A stretch of DNA of 58,913 nt, filler included, from Asterionella formosa (lineage: Eukaryota), in the NCBI GenBank assembly GCA_002256025.1. It is 5 parts of 5 records of this genome, joined end to end, with 100 filler letters (N's around TTAATTAATTAA, not from the genome) between each part and the next. Parts side by side here need not be neighbours in the genome. Positions count along the whole stretch, not along the records: positions 1 to 11,729 come from NKIB01008210.1; positions 11,830 to 23,539 come from NKIB01008225.1; 3 more parts are not named here. One strand, given 5' to 3'. Within the stretch, counting starts at the first letter, position 1. Every line of letters starts with the position of its first letter. The position numbers and the translations under genes were made by a program. Below, piece after piece: positions 1 through 12,954 of the stretch. Under the pieces are notes generated by a model, which saw nothing but the letters and a program-made list of their open reading frames with translations, was not told where the DNA came from and searched no databases.

Positions 1-849
1 ACTTACAAATACTGTTTGTCTACCATTATCCTGAAAGAAGCAACACATATGGGTCAGTTTTTTTAACAGTTGTGGATTGATCCAAAGATGACTGATAGGC
101 AGCACTTACCGATTTCTTTTGTCCACATTGATGGTTGGCCAGCCACCAAATCGAAAAGGAGCTATTGAATCACTAAAAGGGGACGAGTCATTCCGTATTT
201 GTAATCCCAGCAATTGATCATCTTGGCATTTGCTCTTGACAAACCGTGATGCTATGCACAGCTTGTTGATTCCGCCCTTCTCCATCATATTCACTCATTC
301 TTATCGTGCTGTATTGTCACTTCAATTTTTCGCATCATGTGTTGCTTGAGATCCTTCATTTGAGGAAGTTGATGCAGCATGACAGGGAACATGAAAGGCA
401 TTTGCTCTTGACTTACCATCAATTGATTCGATTGATCCTGATTCTTGAAAATAAATGTTGATCGTTCATTTTCTCATCAACGACACCGTTCATCATATGA
501 TCAATATGTTATGATCAAAGTTATAGGATAAACGAATCTAAATTCATTGATTAAAGATCATAGTTTATACCGGAGTAGTTGCCCATGCATGCAACCCCTT
601 CCCCCCCTGTATACAGTACGGAAGTGATAACCCCCAAGCTACCAAGTTTTTATGTCTTGTAAGAATTATCACAGCATGCATACATACATGGTGACTCCTA
701 CTGGTATATACAATGCGGAAATGATGACCACCAGACTACCAATCCTATAGGTCCTGTAGAATTATCGCAACATGGCTGCATATCTAATGAAATGGCGGGA
801 GGAGTCATCCATGCACCTGTATAGTATGAATTATGGAAATGATCAAATA

Positions 850-1900
850 TAGCTAGTCTACACAAGGAGCAGTGCATCAGCATATATGCCCTGTTATTTT
901 AATTCCTATGAAATCTCTTGATCTGTTCTGCGCTTTTTCGCCACAATTGTTTTCATTGGCTGTTTCACTGGACAGTTTTCGAATTGATTGTGCTTTGAAC
1001 AAAGCAACGATCAAAGTCCACCCCATTGCAGAATGGTGAGTCTCACAACTAAGTATCAGCCAGTCGATTAAAATTGGACTGTCTTTTGTGCAACCTTGCT
1101 CGTTTTGTTTGTATTTGACTTGGCAGCTGTCAGCCAAGAGCAGCCATGGCATGCCACCATTTATTGTCTATACAAGTTTCGAATGTGTTCAGCTATGATA
1201 ACTTTTGCTCCCCCCTCCTAAATACTATCTCACCACCCTTGTCATAGATTTTTCTTTATCCGTTGGCTTCACAGGCCCAGGTCACTCAATGCATGCCTTC
1301 ATCTGCAAGGAGTTCAGCCAAGCAGGTCCACGTTGGCGTCAAGAAAAACTCAACCCCGATTTTCCTCACATGCTCCACCTGCTCCACCCATTGACTTCTT
1401 CATTGATGAAGTCGAGGTAGCTATATTGATGTCAGATGGCGCAGACTTGTGTAAAGATTGATGATGCCGAAATCCTTGCTTCCTTTTCCCGTAGGTACCT
1501 AGCTAGCTATTTGTCAACATTGTTTGGGTCAATCCATTCTTGTTCCCGCAAGACCAGAAGCAATTATCCCTTTGCTTCTCCTCCCATGAACCTTCATTTC
1601 TCTTTCACAATTGTCTTGATGCTTGTAGAGCTTTTTTAGTTCCCTTTTGATTTTTCCACTGGTTTCGATCCCTTTTGCATTCAAGTCAAGAAACCAGCAA
1701 CTCATTGAGATTTCTGGAGGTTTTGGTCAGTGGCACCATACAGCAAGAACAATCAACAGATCATGGCGGCTGCTCTCCATTTTCTGAAGTAGCAAGTGAC
1801 ATCCAAGAAGGGTTTGGGATCATTGGGGAGAAAAATTAGTAGGATTCTCTGTGTTTGCCCCACCCATTTGGCAGCCATTCTACCATTGCTTCCTCTCAAT
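850..1900 (-). pseudogene. Decayed coding relic of unknown family (probably transposon-derived)
   Basis: One minus-strand frame reads as protein-like text through isolated stops, many of them TGA (CAI*HQYSYLDFINEEVNGWSRWSM*GKSGLSFS*RQRGPAWLNSLQMKACIE*PGPVKPTDKE...YLGGGAKVIIAEHIRNLYRQ). No domain recognised; limits approximate. Confidence 0.3.
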
Positions 1901-4061
1901 CAATACTAGCTAGTAGTATAGCTAATGAAAACCGTAATTAGATGAAATGTGACTTCCGGTTTCTAATGTTTTACATTGCACTACTGAAACTTGAATCCAT
2001 AAATGGGCATTCAACTTGTGCTTCTTGCATTTTTGCAGTATAGACTGGCTGGTGTTCGATAGGCCAAAGTGTCTCGCTTTTCATAAACATCTACAAGGTA
2101 CTAGTGCTTTTGTCGAGGTTTGTCTTTAATACCAACTGCTACTCCCATCCATTGAAATATTCCAGATACATCAAAGAATACGCTCCTGTCTTTAAAGGAA
2201 AGGAACTAGAACAATGACAAAGAAAATCTAATGAGACATGAAAATTACGAAACCAATCACTCTGTTACTATAAATAGACAGTCTCAGCATGCTTCTTTGT
2301 GGTGCATATCGCCTCGTATGCTGCGTTTCAATTCTAGATGTATTACGATCTTGTTAGAGAGACGATGTTACGGAGAAGTAGCTAGATTGTGCTGTTCTAT
2401 AATGGATGTTGTTTAGCTATGATTGAGGTTGTAACACTGATTGATGCTCTGGTGACAGACCGGCCGGAAATATTCGTCTTGTGTGATGAGCCATTTCGTT
2501 TTCATTGGATTTCTTTTCAAGCTCTTAACGGATTGCATAGTACAAACATACTGTGCAATGTAGATGATGATTCATCGAAGACATATGATGACTTGAACGA
2601 CAAATGAAGATTTTATCACAAACATTCGTTCCTCTCAACAAGGCTGGTTTGTCGTTGTTGCAAGAATCAGAGTGAGGACTGGCGAGGATGATGAGCCAAA
2701 CCACATTACTCTAACTGGTACATTATCCTACCAAGAAATTTAAATAAAGGAACCTAAAAGAAACAATAAATATAATAATTAAATTTCCATAGTCAAAAGG
2801 GTTACTATTTAAATTACGAGGGCATTTATCAAAATTATTAGATGATATAACGAAAAATTATGATCAGATGATCATAATCCTATGATGCCGCATCATGGAA
2901 ATATGATCGTTTTTATTTGCAGACGATAGTAGTGGTCTTGGAAGGGACCGCCATGATCATTTGAAAGTCACTTGCTTTGCGGTGTTGATTGATTTTTCGA
3001 GGCATCAAATCAGTTTTGACCGATGATTACTATGAACTAGTCTTAAAAAGTACTATAGAGTTTCATTGACAAGCCTCATCAAAAAGCTCGGGGAAACTAG
3101 CAAAACAAGTTTTAGGCTTAACAACGACCCCGGAAAACTGGAAAAGTTTGGCTGAGCGACTATGGGCGTTGCATGTGCAAGTTGCGGTACCGGTAATTGT
3201 GCTGAAACGAAATGTTTAGCTATCTTCATCCTATATTAAATTGTTTATTTAAGTCAAATGATCGCAACTTCTTGCTGCACCCCCATGTACTCTTCCGGAG
3301 TACCAGAGCAAGTTGCTGTAAATGAGAAAGTTAGCTGTGTTCAACTTTTTAGTGAAAAACGTATTTTATCTCAACTCCCAATGTACTCTGTGTCCTCAGA
3401 AGAGAAGCTCGTCCAAGGTGGGGGACTGCTGGTATGCACCGGTAGGTACCTGGTACCACCTAAAAACTCAGAGTCAACATTTATCAATGCATTAGTTGAC
3501 CTATACTTTAAGGGTTTTAAAATCTGGGCTCGGCACAAAAACTGGGTAATATACTGGTCTTTAGCAGTTTTAGACTTGTACCTAGACTGTGTACAGATAA
3601 TGAGGAAGACATTTTATACATTTTCCCAGAGGTTCGGGATCCAAGAAGAAAATAGCCGGGTTACCTGGTACCTGTTTGATGCGTTCTCGGAGAACCCGAT
3701 AGTCGTTGTACCAAGGCAGGAATCAAGATAAATGACCATCTTGCCTTGCAACGCATGTGGACCAGCATCTTTTGCCATACGGGTTCGCATTGTTTTCACT
3801 TCTAACTCCCAAAATTTGCTTCCTACGAGAGACAGAACTGTTCCGTTTCAGTCCAACAGTAGCAACCAGAGTTTTGGGTACACAGCAGAAAACCCTATCT
3901 ATAAGCAAGAGAACGCTGACATCATCAGCAGAATGACGTAGTGTTGACAAGAAGATGAAGATGGTTGTGACATTTTGTTGTCAAGCAACGTGATCATAGT
4001 GTCTACCTGGTACCACATACCAGTGCGCACATCTCAACGACGGTTTCTCTATGAATTTGTA

Positions 4062-4115
4062 ACCGGTATACCGGTACCGGTACCGGTACCCATCCTGGTA
4101 CCAGGTACCTGGTAC
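4062..4115. repeat. GGTACC/CCWGG/ACCGGT palindromic motif cluster upstream of GLTP gene 1
   Basis: accggtataccggtaccggtaccggtacccatcctggtaccaggtacctggtac, about 250 bp before ATG 4359. Confidence 0.85.
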
Positions 4116-4358
4116 TCCAAAAGGTCTGCCTGACACGAGCAGGTCTCTGTACAAGGTACTCCTACCATGTACACGGAACAAACAGGCACATCTTCGCTCT
4201 GCTGAAATTTTTCTCGTCTCAGTGACAAGAAACAATTGTTACCCACAGTGGTCAGAACAAGAATTTCAAGACCGGCCCCTCCCATTTAATTTCCTGCTCA
4301 GGGTTTTCTCCAGTGACACCGATCATCAATCACCAAGCATTGCCTTTAAGCTCGCTCA

Positions 4359-6798
4359 ATGTTTGGAAGCAAAATAAAAACCAGTGACGGCACAGCTTTC
4401 GAAATGGATACAAATCCAATGGAACGTCGTATCAGGAAAGTGCGATCGCTTGATTTTGCTCGTTTTAAAGCATCGTTGTCACACGAGCAGCAGAATGCTC
4501 CTTGTGACGTACAACCTGATTGCAAGGCATCAAAGTTTTCCCATGCAGCTCAACGAGGTCGATACTCTTGCAGGTAAGCCCTTGAAAATTCATCATCGTG
4601 ATGTTTATTCAGTCGGAGTTCAAATCATTAGGTTATGTGGTGGTTCTGAATCAGATGTCCAGAGTCACAGCCTGGGAATACGAGACTTGAGGTTAGGGTT
4701 TGGCATCACGGCAACGTATAATCAGCCAGTGACACTCTCCAGAATTGTTATGCCAACGCGCTGTTGCTAGTGCTTGACGCTGGCGCTGACGTTTTTGATA
4801 CTTTTTTGTTCTATTCGCATTGGCTGCATGATGATGGATTTTTTTTGCAACTTATCGTCATTACTTTACTGACGCATTTACACATATCAATCCCATCCAA
4901 CCAATAGAAGAAGATCCACGGAGAAGCTCCCGGCCTTGCTGCTGTCGGATCTCGATTCATCCGATAGCTTTAACGGTCATCATCAGCATTCCAGAGGGGA
5001 GGATATTGAAATGAGGCTGACAACTAAACGATGGACGGCGGGCTATGTTTCGATGATTATGCTCCTCCTATTCACTGTTTCTAATTTCGCTCTTGATTTT
5101 GTCGATGCGCAAATGCATCGATTGGATTCACCTACTCTAAATGATGTACTTAGTATGGAGGTCATTATGCCCCCATTTTCGTACGTGAAGAAGGCTTTTG
5201 ACACGGATAGACCTAGATTGGGTTTGGGGACAGCAGCAATTTCCAGTATTACTGAGACCTTATCACCAATCATTCCATTTATGGGTGGTTTAGATTTGCG
5301 TCGAGACGATGTTTGGGATACACAAGATGGATGGTTCAATACTGTCTACTCCGTTGTTGATCTAGTCAGGGATGCCTTTGGGTTAGAGCCACTAGACAGA
5401 ACTGGAGCTACTGCTTCACTTTTGGCTAAAATTCCAAGGTCTGGTGGACAATCCAATTTACAAAACAAAGTCGTTTTGAAGACATCTGGAACCAGGCGGA
5501 CGACCAAGCACATTGCTTCTCTCTCCGCCCAAGAGCCGTTTGTATCAATTGAAACCATTTCCTCAATTACCTTGGGCGATTTGGCTAACATTTTTGAATA
5601 CGCTATTCACCAGAACCGGGAAGGTGGCAAGAAGTTACAGCAAAAGATGGACTCACACTTGAAGCCAATTATTCAAAAGTTTGAAGCTGCGATTGAAACA
5701 TCCCGTGGCAAAGATGTCAAACCTGCTCAAACTGGAAAGTGCGATGCTTCCGGTAATACTTGTGACGCACTTTCTCCTGCTGTTGGATATGGTGATATTG
5801 AGGCCCTTCAGTTCTGTGCGGCTATGCGACTTTTCGCTGAATGGCGTATCGTTCGCCAAGTGCCGGATGGCTACAAAGGTTATGCTGTTGGAATGAGTCT
5901 CGGTCACAAAGATGTTGTTCAAAATGTCGCAAAGATTGAGAATGCAGTTCATGCCTGGTTGGACCATCGACGCGAGTTGATGTCTTTGGAAGCTCAATGG
6001 AGAGCATCGGAAGGCATGCAAGAAGGTGATTGTGATGTCAGCTTGACGTTTGGCAACAAAGTTACCACCAATTCTCTGACCTGTGAGCTCAGAAGCCCTA
6101 CCCTTCGTGACTTACTTGAGCATGAAATTGATATGGAATCTCATCCGAGTCTGCCTCGTCTGAAGGACAAGACCGCAGCGATGGGATTGCTTTGGGTTCG
6201 CCGCCAACTTGCCTACCAAACGTCAATCTTCAATAATATTTTGAAGATCCCGCGTACCTTTCCGGATGCTAATGCTGCTGTGTCTGCTGCCTACTCTGAA
6301 GTATATGGGAAGTACCATGGATGGACAGTGCAAAAGATTTTTAACTACTCATTTCAAGCGGCTCCTGACGTTAGGGAAATCTACAAATTTATGAATCCAT
6401 TTCATTTGCATCATGTCAAGAGCATTGCTCGCACCATCACCCCTGTTGACGGATCTGTTGAGAGAATGGATTCAGGGGATTCAAACAATGAAAAATACTC
6501 CGCTAACAAAGCAGCGACCATGAACCCGTTGGAACAAATAGTAAAGCACTTAGGAGCCGAATGGGACAAATTGGTTGGTTTCTTTGGTGGAAATGGTGGT
6601 GTTGGCGAAGTCAATATCCGTGGAGGTGACCAAGGTGAGGGCTTGCAAGGTGCGGAACTCGAAGCCTTTGTCGTTGACAATATGACGAAGAAGGCGCATG
6701 AACACATTGAGCATTATCTTGAGACAGCAAACCCACTTCTAAGAGATTTGGCTGGATTATTTGATGACCTCAATATGGAGGATCCTACCAAGGTTTAG
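4359..6798 (+). CDS. Membrane-anchored glycolipid transfer protein (GLTP)-domain protein, paralog 1 (about 701 aa, 2 exons)
   Basis: Exons 4359-4573 and 4908-6798. The intron GTAAGC...TACTGAC...AATAG splices in frame. Hydrophobic segment YVSMIMLLLFTVSNFAL. GLTP motifs HKDVVQNVAKIE, GLLWVRRQL, AYSEVYGKYHGWTVQKIF. Exon 1 is inferred. Confidence 0.8.
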
Positions 6799-8438
6799 AA
6801 TATTCTCCATCCCACTGTTCATATTAAAACTGTATAGACAAATATTACATTTAACACAACCTCCCCCTCGATCGGACATTACTACAGTGGAACCATATGA
6901 ATAGCGTTACTTCTACCGCAAGCCTTCCTACACAGCCGCTGTACTGTCACTTGTGAGAGCAGGTCATCTTGCAGCTTATCTACTCAGCCGAACTCGAATT
7001 GGCAGCGATGTATGTACTCTAGGTCAGTCATTCAAGTTAATTGTGCTTGCTGTTTTACATCCTCCATGCCATGAGAAGATGTTCTGATTTGCATGCACCT
7101 CACTAGATATCACAAGAGGGTGCATTTTCTTCTTCCGTAAAATACCAGTTCTGATTATAGCACTCGAGTAGAAGACACCCCCCCCCACCTAGTTCTCAGG
7201 TTAATACTGTTACAGTCGTTAGACAGAAACAGCAATCAATTTCTTGTTCTTGTGTCAGGATATGAGACCGCCGGAAAAATCCGGTGCGTTTTCAATTACT
7301 AATTAGGGTATCATTTGGTTACATCATTTCATATGAACAGAACCAGGTACCTGGTGCTACGAGGTGACGGAGTATGTAGGGACTGATGTCACTGACGAAG
7401 TAGGAATGATGAATCAATCACCAGGCAGTGTTGGTGTCAACTACCGGTACCGGCATACCGGTATTTCATAGCCGAGACAACCCTGTGTATGCAAAGAGTG
7501 AAAGGATTTTACGTGTACGTACCATCAGTTAGTAACAGATACCATGCCAGTATCCAATCAGCGGGATCAGCCTGTTGAAAATGCACCCACGGTCTCGCTC
7601 ATCGCTCACACTCACTCGCCGAAACGCTTGTTATTAGTGCACCACTTCGATTGACCAATTATCAAGCATACTACCAGGTACCTGGTACCTGGTACCGTAT
7701 ATGCATGATACGTACATGCATCCTATAGTACTCCTACATATATGATAAAACAACGAAAGGACACAAGCGAACTATGACATCATTTCTTGGTGTCACGAAC
7801 TGGCTGATGCCAACATCTACATACAGGTACGTCATGACATTTGTTGAAACTTCTACATTACCGGAGTTTTGTTTACAACCGGTGGTAAATACGTTTGTAC
7901 GTATGTTAGCTACGGTATTGCTCATCACAAGGTGACATATGTCTAAATACGACTGGTGTAAAATGTATATGTATGTAGAGTCCTACATAACTTGTACCAG
8001 GGTAAGCAATGATGATAGATAAAGTGGCCCTCACTTTATACGCAGACATACCGGCATACAGTACTCACAGGTACGTAAGTCTGGCGCCCGGCCTGATGTG
8101 CACATTGTCGTTTCTCCGTACAGTACCTGGTACAGACCAGGAAACTATGATAGCAAGTACGTACCGGTACCTACTTTACCATTACCTGGTACTGGTACTA
8201 ACTAACAACCTCAGGTACCAACCAGTATGGCTTCGCTCGACATTTTTTCCGAAAGAGTGGAACCAAACAAAGCGATCGATCTGTGTGTTCGCTCGTCTCG
8301 AGCGAGGACATTCATGTTTGCGTAAGCAAATATACGGAGTATGCGGTACAGAGCAGTCCTCAAACTTCGTCCAACGCACAATTTAGCTTCCACTCAGCAC
8401 AGATTTACCAACCTCGCCTCGCTCATTCCAAGCAACAA

Positions 8439-10460
8439 ATGTCATCGCCATTACCACCGATGCACTGCATCAAGGATGGTCGAATAAAACGCGCTGCCTC
8501 AAGCTCCACTATCGTTATCCGTGATCACCGTTCAAATGTCTCCTTTCAAGATGATCTGAAACCCCCCGAGGTGGCCACCAGGGTCCCGGCGGCAGAGGGG
8601 GTTGCTGGCGAAGATGATCGGAGATATCGGGCTGCGCTGCCAGTTATGATGGTTGTCATGGCAACAGCTGCTCCAAACCCCAGGTTTCTGGACGCCGTGA
8701 ATCGTCTGCTATCGTTGGACTTGAGCATGAATAGTCTACATGTCTGCGTCATCGCAATTGCATCGGGACTCCTTTTCTTGACTGCATCACCAATAAGGAA
8801 GGCAAACAAGGGCAGTACGAGTAACACAGACGAATATACTATTCAAAGCGTCCCTTCAGTGCAATTCATGGTGGAGGAACCAATGTCCCTCGCAGCACGC
8901 ATTTCTCAAAGCAACCGTGCTGCAATCTCCAGGGTTTCGTCGGCCGCTCAGATGGCAAAGGTCTCGTCGGCTGCCAGTTTTGCTCGTATCTCAGAAGCAG
9001 TGATGCACATATCGGTAAGCAACCTGTGCTTTAAAGGATTTTCACCGCAAGACGTGCCACGTCATGCGCCCACGATATCGGCATCAGAATGCTTTGTTAG
9101 TGTGGAAGCAATCGCTGCGTTGACGCTCGAAGATGTCAGCACCATCATCCGCTATGCCATTCAGAGCAACAGGGCTGATTTCGAAGAGGATTCTTTTTAT
9201 GTTCATCTCAACCCCTACATGCGACGAGTCATTTCCGATTTGGATGAAGCTGCCATGGAATCACGGGGCATGGAGGCCCTCCCATCGCGATTGTCAGGGC
9301 TAACACAACCTGGAGACGTTGATGCTCTCATGTTCCTTGCTGCCATGCGTATCTTTGTCGAGTGGAGAATCGTTCGTCAAGTTCCAGAAGGATTTAAAGC
9401 ATACGCAGTTGGATTGAGCTTGGCCAAACGAGATCTTGTTCAAAACGCGGCCAAAATGGAAGCAGCCGTGCACGCATGGATTGATATGCAGCGCCAACGG
9501 GTCGGCGTTGAAGGAGAAGTATACAGTCCGACACTTCGTCAACTCTTGCAGTTCGAGTTGGAAACAAACGTCCACAGTCGCCTACCGAGACTCAAGGACC
9601 ACTCCGCGGCTATTGGTCTCCTTTGGGTGAAGCGACAAGTTCAGTATCAAACCCTTATTTACGAAAATCTTCTCCATGTCCCTCATTCGATGAGCGCTGT
9701 TGAAGCAGTTCGAACTGCTTACGAGGAAGTATTTGGTTCATACCATGGTTGGCTGATTCAAAAAACATTTAACTACTCCTTCAGTGGCACTCCGCCAGTA
9801 GAAGCTATTTACAAGATGATGAATCCCCGTCATTTCCGACAAGTAATGAATAATCTCAACAATCCTTACATGAGTAAATACCTTTCAATTGAAATGGTCA
9901 CGGATCACGGCACGGCCGACACAATCCAGACTTCCGTGTCGAATCAAAGCAGTTTTGACGAGGTCAGCGACGAGTCATTTGACAACTGCGACGAACCTCA
10001 AGGTTGTGACATCAAGCAAGTTTCGAAAGATGAAGGAGTTAATATTCTTCATTTGGGTCATCACCTTGAGTCGGAATGGAGAAAGTTTACCAAGAATATT
10101 CAGAATGTTTGGGAGGACTTGCTATCAAAGTTGGATCCAAAAACGAAGAAAATTTATTTTCAAGAGTCTGCAGAAGTGACTCCCCCTGAGGCAAATACTT
10201 CAAGCCTAGTTTCGTCTGCTGATATGACCATGTTGCAGACCATGATAACCAGTAATGCCACGAAAGCTCTCGAAACTAGTCTCGCATCAATGCCAACTTC
10301 AGTCTTGGAAGGTGAAGCACTAGAAACTTACATCAACAAGGAAATGACCAAGGCCGCCCATAGCCATATTGGGGCATACTTGGAAACGATCCAACCTCTA
10401 TTAAATGATCTGACTGCCATATTCCTGGAATTCAATATGGATGATCCCACTCGAGTTTAA
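8439..10460 (+). CDS. Membrane-anchored GLTP-domain protein, paralog 2 (about 673 aa)
   Basis: Long ORF (frame open from 8283, first ATG 8439). TM-like VCVIAIASGLLFLTA. GLTP motifs KRDLVQNAAKME, GLLWVKRQV, AYEEVFGSYHGWLIQKTF. Shares EWRIVRQVP and the C-terminal NM(E/D)DPT(K/R)V with paralog 1. Confidence 0.85.
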   Translation: MSSPLPPMHCIKDGRIKRAASSSTIVIRDHRSNVSFQDDLKPPEVATRVPAAEGVAGEDDRRYRAALPVMMVVMATAAPNPRFLDAVNRLLSLDLSMNSLHVCVIAIASGLLFLTASPIRKANKGSTSNTDEYTIQSVPSVQFMVEEPMSLAARISQSNRAAISRVSSAAQMAKVSSAASFARISEAVMHISVSNLCFKGFSPQDVPRHAPTISASECFVSVEAIAALTLEDVSTIIRYAIQSNRADFEEDSFYVHLNPYMRRVISDLDEAAMESRGMEALPSRLSGLTQPGDVDALMFLAAMRIFVEWRIVRQVPEGFKAYAVGLSLAKRDLVQNAAKMEAAVHAWIDMQRQRVGVEGEVYSPTLRQLLQFELETNVHSRLPRLKDHSAAIGLLWVKRQVQYQTLIYENLLHVPHSMSAVEAVRTAYEEVFGSYHGWLIQKTFNYSFSGTPPVEAIYKMMNPRHFRQVMNNLNNPYMSKYLSIEMVTDHGTADTIQTSVSNQSSFDEVSDESFDNCDEPQGCDIKQVSKDEGVNILHLGHHLESEWRKFTKNIQNVWEDLLSKLDPKTKKIYFQESAEVTPPEANTSSLVSSADMTMLQTMITSNATKALETSLASMPTSVLEGEALETYINKEMTKAAHSHIGAYLETIQPLLNDLTAIFLEFNMDDPTRV

Positions 10461-10698
10461 GGGCGGTCGCTCTCTCAACGAACCCGAGTTATAGACTTTA
10501 CAAAGACGCAAGGCACGCTATGCCACTGCCATCCTGGTTTGCTGTACATACTACAGAATACAATACGCAAGCACAATCAACCATTTACATTATACATGAA
10601 AATACCATGAAAATCTAAAGTCTGTGGCACCAATGTGCACCACTTGACATAGAAAAATGATCTTCAAAACTATACAATATAAAAATAAAAGCCAATCG

Positions 10699-11223
10699 CT
10701 ACCTTTCTTCCCTAGCGGAACGATCTTTATACTTAAACACGCCCTTGGCGACAAATCCAATCGAGGGCGCCGGTCCGTGAATATCCGAGGTTCTATCTCG
10801 TTCCTTCTTCTTTCGCTTATTGCCCTTGCTACTGGTTGGCAGCACCAGACCTGATGCTCTAGCTTCTTCCAAGACTCGTTCTTGCCGTTGGGCTGCCTTC
10901 TTTTTGATTCCCCTGAGAATCGGAAGGGGCACCTTCTGTTGCTTCATCTTCATCCCCGTCAAACGCTCATACTCCTCTGCTTGATGCTGTTTCTTTTGCT
11001 TCCCTTGAAACCCCTGAGCTCCCAAGGCGTGTATTTCATGAGCTGTTTCATGCCAACGAAGGAACTGTTCTTTTTTCTTTCGTTTTTCCCTCGGTTCCCA
11101 CGCCACTCGCGGTTGTCGGTTTTCTGAAGCGCCGGGAAATTCGGAGGGGCAGACAATGACTTGCACGGTGCGTTGACTTTTTGCTGTGCGTTTGACGGGT
11201 ATTTTGGCTTCAGATTTCGTCAT
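10699..11223 (-). CDS. DUF4602/C1orf131 (Faf1-like) small basic ribosome-biogenesis protein
   Basis: 174-aa Lys/Arg-rich ORF with LGAQGFQGKQKKQ...LTGMKMKQQKVPLPILRGIKKK and a C-terminal SIGFVAKGVFK resembling this family. Confidence 0.6.
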   Translation of the reverse strand: MTKSEAKIPVKRTAKSQRTVQVIVCPSEFPGASENRQPRVAWEPREKRKKKEQFLRWHETAHEIHALGAQGFQGKQKKQHQAEEYERLTGMKMKQQKVPLPILRGIKKKAAQRQERVLEEARASGLVLPTSSKGNKRKKKERDRTSDIHGPAPSIGFVAKGVFKYKDRSAREER

Positions 11224-11729
11224 GAGATGAAGTGAGAGCGATGAACAAACTGGACCGATTGTTTATTCTTGTTTGACGATACCTTGGTGCTGAGGATTTT
11301 GAAGAAGTAAAGTGTGTGCGAATTGATAATATTATAGGACGCATGATGTGCTCGAGATTGCACAAACTTGCTGACGGCCAGACTGACTCTGTCATTGCCA
11401 ATCGCTTCGTTCCAACCCAAGCAACCCTACCGGTACCGGTAGTATTGAAAACTTTATGATAGAGTGGTACCAGGTACTATGTTGTCACAATGGATGCTGC
11501 TGTTGTCAACCTAGACTACCAGTACCAGGTACCGGTAGGGTTCCTGGCAAACTGCCGATGATCAGAAGTCATCATCCGCCCTACATACATATACTACCGG
11601 TGAGTATTTATAACATATATGTATGATATAGCGGTATATAGCCATGCTGCTTGCTTGGTTGCGCCTTTTTTTGTCTCGATGATGACACTGCCGGATTCAG
11701 AGCCGTCGTTGACTCTAACAAACACAAAC

Positions 11730-11829
11730 NNNNNNNNNNNNNNNNNNNNNNNNNNNNNNNNNNNNNNNNNNNNTTAATTAATTAANNNNNNNNNNNNNNN
11801 NNNNNNNNNNNNNNNNNNNNNNNNNNNNN
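11730..11829. other. Assembly gap with artificial TTAATTAATTAA linker
   Basis: 44 N + TTAATTAATTAA + 44 N; the same construct occurs four times in the window. Confidence 0.97.
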
Positions 11830-12235
11830 ACCGGTAGCAGGTACCGGTACGTTATTTGTCATGCCGGTAAACACGTTATGACTGCACTTAATTCTTGTCT
11901 GTATGAAATAGTACATACGGTAATGGGGGCGGCGCTCGTCTGAAAATCTGAATTAAATTTTGCTTGTGCCAAAAAACTTAAACTTCAACACTCCTTCTAT
12001 TTTTGGGGTGGTGATTTGATATGATATATACAGCAACTAATTATAATAAGAACATTGTTGTGCTCTTGCTGATCATAGACTAAAATTTTAAAAATAAATT
12101 TAACTTAAAATTTTATACCTAGTATGACTACCGGTAATCATCTTCTCGATTGTGTACAGGCAGAGCAGTTTACTTGTTATGCCTCCTGTTGTTAATGATA
12201 AATATTTTTATTGTAGTGTATCAAATTATCCAAGA

Positions 12236-12742
12236 ATGAGGCAAAGAACCAATCCTAATTGTGACACTGTTGATTCCGAGTTTATCGATGAAGACGAACA
12301 AGAGCAGGTCGTTGGTAAACTACAAGAGGAGGTTTCCAGTCAAATACAAGCATCGAATAGATCCGCAGCGATAATTGGGGTGCTTTCTGTGGCCTTGAAT
12401 ACCGTATTAACGATTATGAATCCTATCACTGAGATAACTGCTGCACTCTTCCTTCATTTGACACTATCTTCAGGTTGTCATTTATTCGCATTGCTTAATC
12501 ACGCCAAAGGTATATCCAAGGGCAACCGCCACGATTTATACTTACTTTCTGCGGCAACGATTCCGTGTTTGATGCTGGCCTTGATTGACGCAGATGATCC
12601 GACCTTTGAGTTGCACAGGGTAATGTTTGTGGGAAATATGTTAACGACTTGCTTCGCAGTCTGGCTCCGACGAGATTCTTCGGCAACCCTGCAGCATTTT
12701 CAAGAATTAGTTGCGGCGAAGTACAAATACAAAAGTTTATGA
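12236..12742 (+). CDS. Small multi-pass membrane protein of unknown function (168 aa)
   Basis: ATG 12236; acidic IDEDEQEQVVGKLQ, three to four hydrophobic helices, C-terminal LVAAKYKYKSL. Confidence 0.7.
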   Translation: MRQRTNPNCDTVDSEFIDEDEQEQVVGKLQEEVSSQIQASNRSAAIIGVLSVALNTVLTIMNPITEITAALFLHLTLSSGCHLFALLNHAKGISKGNRHDLYLLSAATIPCLMLALIDADDPTFELHRVMFVGNMLTTCFAVWLRRDSSATLQHFQELVAAKYKYKSL

Positions 12743-12954
12743 TTGTTCACCTTTCTGGGTATTGCGAAAAATTGTACAAGGGTATATCTAGTACTGTATA
12801 TAGAACTCACCAACAAACCCGTACTATAATACCTTCAATATATTCGATAGATATTCCCGGTATAATTATTAGATTTATTCACTCCGTGCAAGAGTTATTC
12901 TGGCCAAAATCCAACATGAGGAAGAAAAAAATCGATGAAGGAAATATGCGATCC

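Noticed and set aside
3258..4285. Short ORFs rich in VPGT/YLVP/GTRY peptides (also near 8009-8393, 14520-14988 and 36028-37165)
   Set aside because: The peptide similarity is just the translation of the GGTACC/CCWGG DNA motif clusters, not a protein family.
6945..7188. C-run after GACA resembling a PPT/LTR junction downstream of GLTP gene 1
   Set aside because: No partner repeat or retroelement coding sequence nearby.
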